Assembly (NCBI GenBank): GCA_964035545.1
Contig: OZ037766.1
Span: forward strand, 20,448,767 to 20,512,766
Length of the DNA stretch: 64,000 bases
Direction: 5' to 3'
From: Bugula neritina
Lineage: Eukaryota; Animalia; Bryozoa
The notes beneath the pieces were generated by a model. It had not been told where the DNA came from and did no database searches. It worked only from the letters and a program-made list of their open reading frames with translations. Below, in pieces: positions 39,524 through 58,100 of this stretch (within the stretch, counting starts at the first letter, position 1; each line of letters starts with the position of its first letter). Both the position numbers and the translations under genes were made by a program.

Positions 39524-39559
39524 TACGCATGCGCTACATTCCAGGTTGCTTTGGCGAAC
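39524..39559 (+). promoter_or_regulatory. NRF1-like site and degenerate RFX X-box in the IFT57 / TIR-gene divergent promoter
   Basis: tACGCATGCGCt at 39524-39535 and GTTGCTTTGGCGAAC at 39545-39559, about 100 nt upstream of the IFT57 ATG. IFT genes are established RFX targets. Confidence 0.5.
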
Positions 39560-39659
39560 TGTATACAACTTCGTTTTCATTTAGAAGTAAATTTGCTAAT
39601 TTTCAGTGGTAAAATTGTACGCGTAGCTACGACTTTAACTTTAAGCACGCATAATCAAA

Positions 39660-42600
39660 ATGGGGGAAGAGATGGGAAAAGGTGACGACGTTGACGAATC
39701 AGTCGGACCCGGTGCAGCATATATGCAATTTGTGTTGATGGAGGGCATTATTGAAAAACTCAAACTTCTCGACTATGAAAAGTTATTTTGCCAAGAGTTG
39801 GGATTCAAGCCATTTTCACGGTTTGCAAATTTTTTCCTTTCACTTTCACTTTGCCATTTAAAACATACATTTCCTTTTTTTTACAATAATATTGTTAGTT
39901 GCTGTTATTAATATCTGCATTGACTTGTGGCTATTCGCCATTGCCCATTAGTATTAGTATTATTATTAAATGTGATGAATTTCAGTTGAATTTCGTTACT
40001 AAGTCAATATTATTGTGAAGTCTTAATTACTATGTCTATTGCCATTTGGTACTGTTTTGGCTGCATTTTAAAAATTATTTCAACATTGTTTTTTTTATTA
40101 ACTATAAAGAAAAAGGAATCAAAACAACTGATTTACTTTTTGATCTACTAAATGTCTGGATTACGTGCTTAATTATTTTGTACATAAAATTTAAATAGGT
40201 ATTAAAAGCTATTGATGTTTACAGAGAGAGTTGAATTAGTACAGTATTCAGTTTAATTTACCTGTATTTACCTGTATCCCACTGTTTTCGACGAGAAAAA
40301 ATGGGCTAAGGGGTGAAAAATAGTGGCTCATTTAACCGCAACAGTGTAGTATGTAAATGTATGCCTAACAGATTTTCAAAAGCAAGTACAGAATTTGCAT
40401 CAATTACTGCCTGCCTCTAAATATCAATTACTCTTTTGGAGAAAAACTGTTTTCTAATGTTTGTTTTTGAATACTGTTTACGGATCTTCAGTGAGTGTCC
40501 TCTGGTATGTGTAGCATTTGACAATGTGACAAGTTTTGTAGAATCAACTAAGTCATATCCTTTTATTATCTTGAAAGTTTGTATAAGGTTACACCTAATC
40601 CTTCTAAATTCTGGGATATCTAGTTTAAGTATTCTTCTGTTTAGATCATAGTTTTCCTCTTTGTTTGATGATACTAATTTTGTAAATCTTTTCTGAACTC
40701 TTTCAATGAGCTTGATGTCCTTTAACAAACTGGAAGACTAGGCAGCAACAGCATATTCTATGTGTGGTCGAACAAAAGATAATTTATAAAGTTTCAATTC
40801 AAAGTTTCTTGGCTTGAAACTTTTACAAAATTTGTCTAGCTATTTACTCAACCTAAATTTATTTATTTTTACAGAATAATGTTAAATATTAGATATTGTT
40901 TGGTTTGTCATAATATTTAATGGTATCATCATATTTTATACATATATGTTTAAAGCATATAATTGATAAAAATTATTGTAACTCGTTTCAAAACTATGTA
41001 CATTGAGCTTGAGTTGTATGCCATGTAAATTATCACATTATTGTGTTGTGTTTTTATAGACACTATTTTGCCATTCCTACAAACCCTGGTGAGCAATTTT
41101 ACAACTTCACATCTCTCTGTGCTTGGTTATTACGCCTTTGTGGCAAAAACTTTGACCCACCTCAAGAGGTATTTCTAAATTTATTCCTTTACAAAAGTTA
41201 TATTTTTATTTTGCTATGCGATTAATATTTTTTTTCAAATAATAAAAACTTATTTGCTTAATTATATCAATTTTTTTCCTTGTTGTGAACTTATAAAAAT
41301 GTAATGTTTTTGAATGTAGTATGATGACCCAAATGCAACCATATCTAGTATACTACTTGAACTCAAGTCCCTGGGTCAGAATGTCAACTTCCCACCATCA
41401 AAGTTGAAAACAGGATGCGGTGAACAGTGTATTGATGTAGTAAACAAGCTCTGTGATAGTGTGCTAGTGAACCGAGGGTTCACTTGGGCAAGGTATGGCT
41501 AACAGGTTTCTAGATAGTCAAGTTAGTATAAACTACACAATACTATGGCGTACGTTAATTACATCAGCAGTCAATATTTCAATGAGTTTGTAAATTCTTA
41601 TAGTAACTTCAACTTCAACACTTATGTTCAACTCTCAGCACTAAAATGTGTTTTTTATGAAAGATGTATTTTGTTAATCTGTAAATATTTAAACAGACCT
41701 GTCTACCCGGAAGAAGAAGACGACGTTGAAGATAATGCAATAGACGATGAAGCTGAATTAGATCTTAATAAGGTTGAGGAAGAAATGGCTGATGATTTTG
41801 ATGATGAGTTTGGAGAAGAGGAAAGTTTGCTTGACTTGAATGCTTTAAAAAACCAGAAACATGACAGCACTTCTAAACCTGAAAATATTATGGTCTCAAA
41901 TACAACTGCTGCAGAGTGGAAATTGGAACTAGAAAGAGTTTTACCACAACTTAAAGTTACCATCAGAACTGATAATAAAGTGAGAATTATACTTTATGGC
42001 TTTGTGAATATATTGAAATATAAAACCGTGTTTAGTAGCAAAAGTCTTATTAAACTATTAATAATTGGAGAAATGTATTATTTTGAAGAATAACTAAGCT
42101 TTGAGCACTTCTTTGTGCTAATAAAAATGATGGTAAAGTTGTCAAAGGATTTTTCTCTGGATTTACCTTTCAAACCTTAGTTCTGCTAAATACTTTGCAA
42201 ATATTTGTACAAGTAGCTTTTTTTTATCTACTTGTACTAAATTATTCAATACGGATTTGTAAATTTGTGCATTTATTTACTGCTTTTTTAAGCAAGAAGT
42301 CATTATCTTAACAAATCATAGGAGTCTGTTTGCTTCTGTTAGTTTTCAAGCAGATTTCATAGTATTGCTGCTAATTTTGGAGAATTTTTGTCGTAGGACT
42401 GGAGGCAACATGTGGAACAAATGCATTCACATTCAGAAGGCATAGAAAAGTCCTTGTCAGAAACAAAAACCTTACTCAACAGATTACACGAGGAAATAAC
42501 AAAAACTCTGGACAAAATTGCAACGAGAGAAAAGTACTTAAACGGGCAGCTTGAGCATCACCTTAACGAGTTTCGAGGAATGCAGGTTTAGTGATTAATA

Positions 42601-44694
42601 ACATTTTGTTTGAAGCATTATTTTGGTTGCACATATGCACATTACCAGTAAATGTGTATGCAATGTATTAAACATGCCTTGGGCGGTGTCTGGTAAAAAT
42701 GACACTAGTAAAAATGGCACAGGTAATAATGGCATAATTGGAAAGTGGGTAAAAATGGCACATTTTCAATATTGTGGTAGATTTATGTTGTGCGTGTGTG
42801 TCCTTGGTTGCCGAGATCGGCACTTCGGTCCTCCGAAACACCGATATGCCGATTTTCGGCATATCGGACTACCGAAGTGCCGAGATGCCAATTCGGCATT
42901 TCGGATTCCCGAAGTGCCGATATTCGGCATTTCGGATTCCCGAAGTGCCGATATTCGGCATTTTGGGCCTCCGATCTCGGCAAACAAAGGAATGTCTTTG
43001 TCCTGCGTGTATATAAAAGCCAGCGAGTTTCAGTGTAGATTCAGTCTACTACTGGAGCTCGCTGGATACGGACTACTGGATCATTCGACTACAATAAAGC
43101 TACCTTTTCTTCTACCTTATTTCTCGCCTTGTTCTTTGTAACAAGTATGTAAGGCACTAGTTGCATTCATAACCCACAGTTTATCACAATATTAAGGTTT
43201 GGGGTGATGGTTGGGGTTTTGGAATTGGGGTTTGAGTTTGGGGTTGTGGTTTAAGGGTTGGGGTTTAAGGGCTTAGGTGGAGGGTTTGATTTTGGAGAAA
43301 ATTTAACAGTGTGTCATTTTTACCTACTTTTCCATTTATGCCATTATTACCTGTGCCATTTCAACCTGTGCCATTTTTCTGGTGCTATTTTTACCTGTGC
43401 CATTTTTTCCTAAAATCGCCTTGAGCACATGTGTGATATTGTGAATTGTTTCAGTCTATAGATAGATATTTGTGACTTAAGCATTACTCAATCTACATTG
43501 CTGTTGCAAAGTCGTAAATTCACCTAACTTATTGAAAACTGCAACTTCGATTAAGCTATTTAATTTTGAAATTAGTGAAATATGTTTAACTAATAAATAT
43601 ATTGTTTTGTTACATTACACTAGTTAATAAATGAAATATTCTAAAGAAGAAAACTTCTAGTCTGCCTTCTTGTCATTAAGCTACATGCTCAAAATAACTT
43701 TCAAATTGTTAAATAATTAACTAATCATACTTGATATGTCTACAATATTATTATAACACAGATGTTTTAAAATTTAACAAATGGTCTTTTATAGGATCAA
43801 CTAGCGGAGATTAAAGAGAGGTACAAACAAGCCAGTGGAGGTGTCACAGATCGTACAAAGACACTAGCAGAAGTATGTAACTTCTGGTTTACTTGTGGTT
43901 ATGTATTCCATCTGAAGTCATTACCATTTCTAATAATACATCATTGTTTTCACTTAAAGTATTATCATATATATTTCAGTTGTAAACAATTGCCCAGCAC
44001 CTTCAATATTTTATTTCTATTATGAAATTACTTTAGATTGTGTACCATGTATTTATACTGCTTGTTGCCATTTGGGAATGTATAATAATGCTTGCAGATA
44101 ACAGAAGACTTGGAAAGGATAAAGTCAGAAATGGAGGAACGTGGTAGCAGCATGACTGATGGAGGTAACTATAGTTTTAAATAGGCTATAAAACTTGTTA
44201 CCTCTACATCACTTAGGTCTGAAGACATTACATGTATATGTATCAAGCACTTGTTTCTTTATGCCACTGTTGTCAAAAGTGAGTCATTGTATGTTTGCTC
44301 AACCACCTGTGCCACCGAGTATTAGAATCAGAAACGTAGGACATGCTTTTATTTCATGGCTTACTTAGTAGTTGATCTATTGTTGCTAGCTGTTTCGTAG
44401 TGGTGTTATGATGACTAATTCATTTTTATGATGAGTTGGTAAAATTTTCATTCAACTTGAAACTGTTGCATCAGTAAACAAGTTGAAGACCTGTTGATGA
44501 ATAAGCTACAATTTACTAAATATTTTTATATTGTAGCACCTCTTGTGAAGATAAAACAAGCGTTATTGAACATAAAGAAAGATATAACACAGATGGACAT
44601 AAGAACTGGGGTGTTAGAGCACCATCTCATGCAGGCTAAGTTGAAAGATAAAAGTAACAATGCACACAGCTCTGGTATAGAAGTGGAAGATTGA
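39660..44694 (+). CDS. IFT57: Intraflagellar transport protein 57; exons 39660-39820, 41060-41168, 41320-41492, 41697-41979, 42397-42585, 43795-43872, 44098-44164, 44537-44694
   Basis: [94 protein letters not shown]. Confidence 0.96.
40257..40830 (-). mobile_element. Degenerate 3' fragment of a CR1-clade LINE in IFT57 intron 1
   Basis: FVRPHIEYA..*, IERVQKRFTKL, RRIRCNLIQTFKIIKG, TRGHSLKI, FFSKRVI; tandem-repeat tail (tttacctgta)2 at about 40257-40277. Confidence 0.85.
42773..43188 (+). mobile_element. Solo LTR (416 bp) nested in the MITE
   Basis: TGTGGTAGA...TTTATCACA termini; 4-bp TSD ATAT (42769-42772 / 43189-43192); TATATAAAAG at about 43010 followed by AATAAA at about 43093. Confidence 0.78.
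42803..42991. repeat. CpG-rich palindromic tandem array within the solo LTR
   Basis: Outer IR ttgccgagatcgg / ccgatctcggcaa; internal 30-bp units attcggcatttcggattcccgaagtgccgat, each self-complementary. Confidence 0.9.
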
Positions 44695-45290
44695 ACTGAT
44701 TAAGATCAACTATAGAATAGAATATTTTCAACTAGTCTGAAATTACAGGACTTTCAAGTAATTGCTGAGGGGTTTCAGATATTTGATATCAAACTATTAA
44801 AGTAATTTACCTTATTATTGTAATAAGTTGCGTGAGTTTTAAATTTATATTTATTTGTCGAATAAACTTCATTTAGGTTTGTATCCACTAATTAATAGAA
44901 GCTTGCTCCATTACTTGGTTTTATTACTTGAAATTCCAGTATCATGATATCAGATCTCAAACTTATATAAGTTCATAGTTTTCAAAATAAGATATTGGCA
45001 CATCGAAACAGATTTTAAATTTTATCTTGTTCATGTCATAAAATTACTATATAGTTGTAATGAGGCTATCTATCTTGCCTAAAACTTTTTCAACAGAATT
45101 TGTAGCAATGGGGCATTTAAGCTGCAGATTTGGAAACAATGCAGAAAGTTTCCGAAACATCAAAATGTAAAAAATCAAAGTGTGTGTAACTAACTTGTAT
45201 TTTTTAAGGATATTAATTTTTTAAAAAGTACAGATAATTGCACTACTAAAATTAATTAAACAGCTAAAAAGCAGGTTGGCTGACTAAGGT

Positions 45291-50191
<4,901 letters not shown>

Positions 50192-52181
50192 GGTCTTGAC
50201 AGCAGCAAGTTTCTTGTTAAAATGTAGAATGGAGACATTTACTTTGCTGAGAATTAGCATAATGTTAAATAATTCTTATCATCTCAACAGATAGCTAATG
50301 CATGGGCTGGTTTGTGCAAGATACTTAGTGCATCCCGTGAGGTCCCACTAGGTGCCTGGTACTAACATCAGCTCACAGAACTTATTATACTGCGGTTCCA
50401 TGACTGAGCAAATGGATGCTCGGATGGATTAATTTGTGGTTGCAGTAACTTATGCTTTCATTCGATGCAACTGTTTCAAACATCGAATGAAAAATCTATA
50501 ATGCCAACGCAGTTAATATTAGAAATTAGCCGTACTGTCAGCAAAACTGTTATTTTAATTGCTTATTACTACAACTAACCGAAGCAAGCAGGTAGATTTA
50601 AAACATGTACTTTACTTGAGGGTTATCCAGTAAGTAATTTGCATTATATAAAATAAGCCTCAACTTCAACCAATTCCTTACATTTTTGGAATGTTGCCAC
50701 AATAGCCAATAGGCAATAACAGTTTTGTGTCAGGATCTTAATATATTATATACAGCAGTGTATCCTTTCCCTTTGGTTTGATCTTATCAACAACCATCAT
50801 GCAGAATGAGGCAAGTGATTTTGTAAACTTTCACATGATATTTGGTTTATTTGTTTATACATTATACTATCCAACAACAGCAAAAGCAACTAAAATTACC
50901 AAGTTATATAAAGGAAAACATCCTTTAGTGCTAAAACATAAAATTACTCTCCAGCCTAAGACAATATATTATTTAACTAACAACATGTTAGAAAAAAAGA
51001 AAAATCTATTTAAGCATCTCTATTATGATTGAAAGTCATACTAAGCTTAAGAAGCAAGCAGTGATTAGATAGAGGTAGGACTGATGTCAACCAGATGTAA
51101 GCAATAGACACAACAATGTTGAACATATAGATTTTGCTTAACACTTCAACTACTCAAAATAATGCTCATTTAAAAGAGCTCATGGTTTAAAACTCTGCTG
51201 TCATAATCTGCCAATGTGTTCTTAGCACCAAAATAGTAAGTCAGTGGAATTAAAATTATTGCTGATCCAAACTTCAATAAATTACAAGTTTTGTGCTACA
51301 AGTTCTTCCAGATAGAAAATAAATGTCTATTATATTCCGATTATAATCAGCAAAAGCTGGCAAAATAAATTCAGGTGATGGAAGAATTACATCCTTTACT
51401 CTTTAATGAAAACTGATAAAACTTTGTGTACTGAGATTGACTAGGAATGCACAAGCCATGTTTAACAGCAGCATGGCGAAAGTCTACTAAAAAGCACATC
51501 ATCAATGAATGATCACATACTTGATGCATCTTAAAACTGGATGCTTTTCCAACTGAATATGAATGCTTTGAGTATTTCCAGGTGTCTAACACCAAATAAC
51601 TGTTGGCGGCATAAAAATTCTTTTGGAAAATTCTTCACAAGGATTGGAAATATGTTTGACAGCACCTCATTTAGATGGTGTGGGGCCAAGTTGTTGAGCA
51701 CAAATAGTAGGCCAAGTTTTTTAACGTTTCAAAATACCTACTAGCAGGTTTTACAGCTGACCGAATATAGTTTCACTTGAATACAAAAATATAAATCTTT
51801 AGTATAACTCTGCGTCAGATCGTTTCCAGCAATAAGAATGACTAGTAATGGATGGAAAGAATCGTATAGCTGAAGATAAAACTTGATATAAAAATATGGC
51901 AGACTCTATTTGTGGAAGAGAGTTACCCCATGCAGTCAAGTATGAATTTTGGTGAGGAGATGATGCTCGTAAATAAAATGCCATCAGAGAACGTGTTTGC
52001 TTCATCACTACCACGTAGAAAAGAATACTACTGTTAGTATTTAATAATAACTATAAAAATAAAAGGTGGCAAGTTTGTTGGGAAACCTAAATGATAGGAA
52101 CTACCAAGGAATAAATCAGGTTATAAAATTGGCAGTACTAAAATATGGCAACTCAATGGTAGTGAGCTACCAGAAGAAGAG

Positions 52182-55100
52182 TTAGTGGATATTCAAAGGC
52201 AGTGCAGAGAGCTGGTCAGCCATAAGAATAGGGAGGTAGGCATTGCACTCTGGGGAATCATAGTACACCAGACAGTCATCCACCACGTCATCATCCAGTG
52301 TCAAGGGTAACCATTCTCTGGCAAGTGATGTGGATATCTACAGCAAATGTGGATATCTACAGCAAATGTGGATATCTACAGCAAATTATATGGATATCTA
52401 CAGCAAACGTAAATGTTCCAATACTACAGTCATTTCGAGGTTCAGCTTCAACAAATCTAACAAATCTGAAATCTTACAATTGTGTTGTCCCAAATGCTAC
52501 TAGTATTAACAACGCAATGCTCTCCTTAAAACATATTTTGTCTGTATTGACGTTTATCAAAAACCGACATTACTAGTTGATACGAGAAACAACAAACCTC
52601 TTCGCAGAAAGTCTCAAAAGACATGGCATAATCCTCCTCAAACTCTGAGTCATTGTTGTTGAAGGCAGTAATGCACTCTTCAAGAACTTCAAATTTTGTC
52701 AGCTGCATGCCTCGAAGTCTGGCGACAGCAAGGACATCGTGTTCCCTGAGAGCCACCCCTGTTGTGTAGAGGTGCGAGAGCTGTTGATGCTACTTTATAT
52801 TATGTGATGAACACAATACCGTGCACAAACAAGTTAACGTGACATATGATTGGGACACTGATTCTGACCAAACATTGCAAAAAGCAGAGTCTTGAAAACT
52901 GACTGAAAGCTTTTCTGTCACTTTTGTATCCCCAGACACCTTGAGGTTTACTTATTACCACTAAAATAGTTTTCTTTTTTAAACAGTGAAAACAATGTAT
53001 TCTGCAATGTAAAGACAGAAACTCAAAATGACTGTGGGATAACGAGAAAAAGCACAAACATAAAACAAGTGCTATAATCTACACACGCATGCACATATAA
53101 AATAATACGTAATGTAGTATAACAAACCTATAACAGAAAAGGAGGACAATTTCTTACACCTCCATGACATCATGACAAATGGATCCTGTTCATCAACTCC
53201 AATATCATAGAATATTGGACCTTCTCTCATGCCTACCAATAAAAAAACATTACTGACATCCAGTATCATTACAATACACTTTCAATATGTTTTAGCTATC
53301 AAGTTTTTGCAAAAAAAACATATTACCTAAAAGTACTACCTAGACTCTAAACTGTCTATTTCAGAATGACACATAATAATTACAACTCTATATCATACTA
53401 CATATACCCAGCGGTTGATACACTATAAACTCTAACCTACAGAAAATATGGTGTGCAGAGTGTATGCCCTAGGCAGTGAACAAAGCTGAGTAGTAGGTAA
53501 ATGCATCTCTGTTTCAGAAGAAATAGCAGTGCTTTTTGTAAATGTAATAAGTCAAAAAGATTGCTTTACATGCATTTAACCAACTCTTGAAAAGTCTATT
53601 TAAAAGAAATTGTCCTTTTGAGCAGATCGAAGCTTCTGGGTTTGATCAACAACATTTTACAAGGTAGCTACACAACACGACTAATCACACACAAAATAAG
53701 TAACATTGCAAAGTCTTGAATGGGCACATTACTCCAACATCAAAGAGTCATCCTTGCATTTGTTAGGTTAGCGCAGACTAGCTGTGACCTAGTAAACCAG
53801 TTTATGGTTCAGATCTTAGCCTTACTTTCAACAATTACAAGAGACTGAAGGGTGGAACACTGGTGACGCGCCACGTGATGCAACCCTGAAACATAGAGCT
53901 CATCACAGAAGAGCACTCTGAGATGAGTGAGAGGCATACTGGCATTCACCACTGTCATCATGTCACGCACAGCTTCGGCACACTTGATGAGATTGAGAGT
54001 CAAAGTCAAATCTGGACAGCTGCAATGAAAGTAAGACACTACGTAATCACATAAAGCAGTTGAACTGATAATATAACAGTCACAGCCTAGTCACAACTTT
54101 GATCAGTTTAGCTTCTTAAAGGTAAACACCAAAGACCATCATTCACACTGTAGGTCCAAGAAAAAATATGACGAAAATTGAAATTAAATATTCAAGTTCT
54201 TTGCAAATAGTAAATTTTTTCAACAGTTATAAAAATTTATACTATAATAACAGCGGTCACACACCTCTGGTGAACCAGGTTCCAAGTACGATCTCGAATT
54301 TGTCGAACACCTTCCTCGTGTGTGAATATGTTAATGTTGAGAGACACGAGTTTTGCTCTGCCTCCCTCAGTCAGACTGGTTAGCAGCAAGTCAGAAAGAT
54401 CAGCCATGTCGAGACTCAAGTACTGCAGACCTCTCAGCATCAACAGATCCTGTATACCTATGGGTTGGTACACACACACCTCTGATGATTGGCAACGGCT
54501 GTAAGCAAAGTGATAGAAAGTTACTCATCCATTTACATTAAGCTGTAAGCAGAGATATGAACCAACACCAGTCAAACATGTCCTATTAAAAGGATTTGTT
54601 TCGATAAATTTAGAAATAAAAAAGGAAGTGTCTCAAAATGATGTTCCATCTTTCGTAGTTTAGGCGATTTAGAGCATTACGTCATCGAGCAAGGCAGATA
54701 GCAGACTTACTAGCAAACCAGCATAAACTTTAAGACTTGGCCTAAATGAAGTGAATCATTCTACTCTATTAAGCTTTGGTTTCCCTAAATGCAATCCAGT
54801 AATTATTAAAATACTGACCTTATATGTAATGACTTTATGCTACTTGATTGATACTGACTCAGACATTCCACAATCTCATTGTTAAATTGTGTTAAACTTG
54901 GTAGATGTTGTGTTGTATAGATAAATACTGCAATGAATTACTACCAACTTTCTTACTGTCACTATACACTTTATTATCTCAAATCTCGAAGCTAACTGAC
55001 CCACTTGATAAACAAACAGTATGTCACAACAGTTACATAGCACTTTTAAAACCACAACATAATTACTTTGACAGCATAATTGTATAGCTATAACATTCCA

Positions 55101-58100
55101 CAATATAAGGCTACTAGCAGGTATAAGTCATGGGATAATATATACATAGCTTTAGTAAACAGATACAAACATTACATTTCCCCTTGATCTCAAGATCATA
55201 ATTGGTTTACAATTAATTAATATAAAAGTCTGCCATCCACTGAGGTGGTCTCCTGTCTCTTGTTATACGGCTTCCTTCTTCCTGGTTGGCCTCATCCACA
55301 ACTTCAGGATTGCCAATTCCCCAACTGCAAGTTTCACTGCCATCTAAATCACTGTTATTGCCATCACTTTCATCAGATACCTCCTCATTAATACCAAGAC
55401 CAGCATCACCACACAGTTCAATATCAACTTCAGTGCACAAATGACTGATAGCATCATTTTGATCACCTTCATTTTGTCGTGCAAGCCTCACATCAGCAAC
55501 ATGGCGGTTTACTCCATCTATTTCTACAACTTTGTCAGATATTAGCTTTGTGACAGTGCCTTGCTTCCATTTTGTATCACATCTAACCTTCCCCGGCTTA
55601 ACAAAAACATTATCTCCTACTTTGTAGGAATTAGTCCCTGTCTGTTTAGCAGGGAAATCTCTTTCTAATTCCTTTTCTACAGGCTCCCTTGGCAACCTCG
55701 GATGATAAGCATGAATAGCAGCAGCAGGTATGATACCAACAGAGTTAGGTGTATTGTTGTACCAAAACACCATGCATTCAGGGGTTTTTCCAGTTCTCGC
55801 CACCATCCTTTTTATTGTTCTATGGTTTCTCTCCACTATTCCATTTCCAGAGTGCTTGTATGCACAACAAAATATCAGTGAAACACCCCAGTCTTCTAAC
55901 AAGTTCTTGGTTTTACTGCTCTTAAAGCACGGTCCATAGTCACAAATCAGCTCTTGGGGAGGACCTCTCTCAAGAAAAATTCTGCACAAATGCTTGAGTG
56001 CTTGGTCTGCAGTCTCATTGCTCATAGCAACCCAAATTGCAAATCTACTCGGTCCACAGTCCACTACTGTAAGATATGGTTTACCAGAAACGAATGCTAC
56101 GTCAACTGCAACTCTCTGCCAGTTTTCCTCCACATCTAAACTTCCATGTTTCCACGCTATTGGAGCAGGATCTATTTGTTTGCACATTTGGCAAGATTTC
56201 ACAATTTCTGATACAACTCTTCTATCCACTGGTATCTTCATCCTACTTACAACATGCATTGTCCGATCTACACCTAAGTGATGCCTGTTGTGAAGCTCAA
56301 TAACTTTTCTACCACGCTTTGTCATCCCTAGCGCAACAACTTTTGAATCAGGCTTATTCTTTTGAACTTTCTGTAGCCACCTTTTGGGAACACGAGTTAG
56401 AATATCAGACAGGTTCTTTTCTGATGGAACCAGCTTGATAGACAGCATAAGTCCATATTCGTCAATTAGTTGATTAACAATCTCTAGTCTTCTTTTAACA
56501 ACCATCTCGCTCAACCCACTGACCTTGGGTCTTTTTGTGTTCTCTAAAATAGACCGAAGCCAACTATAAACAGTTGCAGAGTCTGTGACCAACACTAACT
56601 TCTTAATTTTCCACCTCAGGGCAAGATTTAGTCCTTTTATAGTTGCTTCCAGCTCTGCTACATTGATGTGAGCATCATCCTTTCTAAGCCATGCACAATC
56701 TTCCACCACATGACCATCTATTTGCAAACAACATCCCATTGACAAGCTACTTGCATCACACCACATAATGCCAGGCTTGTCTTTATCAACTTCCCAAATG
56801 CCTCTCACTGGGTCTTCTTTAGTGACTTTTTCCATTATTTCTTCAATGATGTCTTGTGAATAGCTCGGAATGCGTTCTTCCCAGGCAACATCATTGGCGC
56901 TTCTTTTGACAAAACTACATGACGTTCTCAACCACCCAGCCACAGGGTAATGTCCAACCAACTTGCCACAGAGTGAGAAAAGTTCTCTTTTGGTCATGTT
57001 TTCCTGCAGCATAGGAAGTTTGCCATCTCTACACCATGCAAAGTTTCCATTGCCTACATCTCTCACTCTCAATCCTAACACTCGAGCATCATTAAGGGGT
57101 TCTGGCTCCTTAGTCACTAACCCATACATTAACAGCAGCTGTCTCACTTTATCTACCCCTACTAAACTCTTGTTGACCCAGATATCATCTATGTAATGGT
57201 CAGTTCCTTGCTTGACCTCACTATCTTGTGCCAGTACTGTGCTAATTATCCTTGACATTATTTTTGGAGCAACACTTAATCCAAATCCCATTCGAGTCAT
57301 CACATACAAATTACCTTTATACTTTACAGTTTGAAATTTCTGTAAGCTCCTACTCACATGAATTTGCAGATATGCCTTTTTTAAGTCTAAAAGACAGGCT
57401 TCAGTCCCTTGCTTTCTCCACTCACGCACCTTTTCTTGGCAAATCGCAGTGTCCTGTCCTGGCATACTCTCAACATGGCTATTGAGCTCTCGATAATCCA
57501 TAACAGGTCGAACCTTTTTGGGTTTGTTTGGCTGACTTGCAGCCATCAATGGAATTACACCATCAACTTTGCCATGTTTCTGAACGTTATACGGCTCCAA
57601 CCACCCATCTGCTACCCACTGATCTAATTCTGCTTCATACTCGTTTATATGCTCTGGTGGCACTGCATACTGTGCACACTGGTTGCTTAACTGTGGCTCT
57701 CCTATCTGCCACTTCCACTCAACAGTCCACCTCTGCCCATCAAAGACAGCTATAAAATCTGTATCCTCAATTCTTAATTTTGAAGTTGTTGGTGATATAG
57801 GTGCGGCTAATGCACACATCTTAGAGTGCCAAGAAACTTTACCATCTTTGTCAAATGTTACTCCCCCCAACTTCTTAATAATGTCAAACCCTAAAATTAC
57901 ATCTGCACCACACACCAGACTTGGTGCAACTAAACAGCGGTTTCTTACCACTACCCCATCAACCACTAACTCTACTACCACCTCGCCACCACACACTGTT
58001 GTCTCTCCATTTAGCATTGTCACTACATGTTGAGGCCCGCGCAGCCACCCTCTGATTTCTTTACACAACTTTTCACTGATTACTGTTTGTTGACAGCCTG

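Larger units (their letters stand above)
42682..43420. mobile_element. Non-autonomous DNA transposon (MITE) with long internally repetitive TIRs and 3-bp TSD TTG, interrupted by a solo LTR
   Basis: Left end ggcg..gtaaaaatggcacaggtaataatggcataa.tggaaagtgggtaaaaatggcaca mirrors right end tgtgtcatttttacctacttttccatttatgccattattacctgtgccat..cgcc. TTG at 42679-42681 and 43421-43423. Confidence 0.8.

Noticed and set aside
42623-43141. Overlapping ORFs and a CRISPR-like look of the palindromic repeats
   Set aside because: Units are contiguous with no unique spacers, there are no cas genes, and the context is a eukaryotic solo LTR.
54863-54874. 12-nt identity (acattccacaat) between the FBXO33 exon and the LTR
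   Set aside because: It is not at the junction; the clean 5-bp TSD shows normal integrase-mediated insertion, so this is probably chance.
55730-58033. Plus-strand ORFs within the retrotransposon (likewise 1646-2627 within the LINE and 49295-49843 opposite the mucin exon)
   Set aside because: Antisense shadows of real coding sequence with no recognisable motifs.
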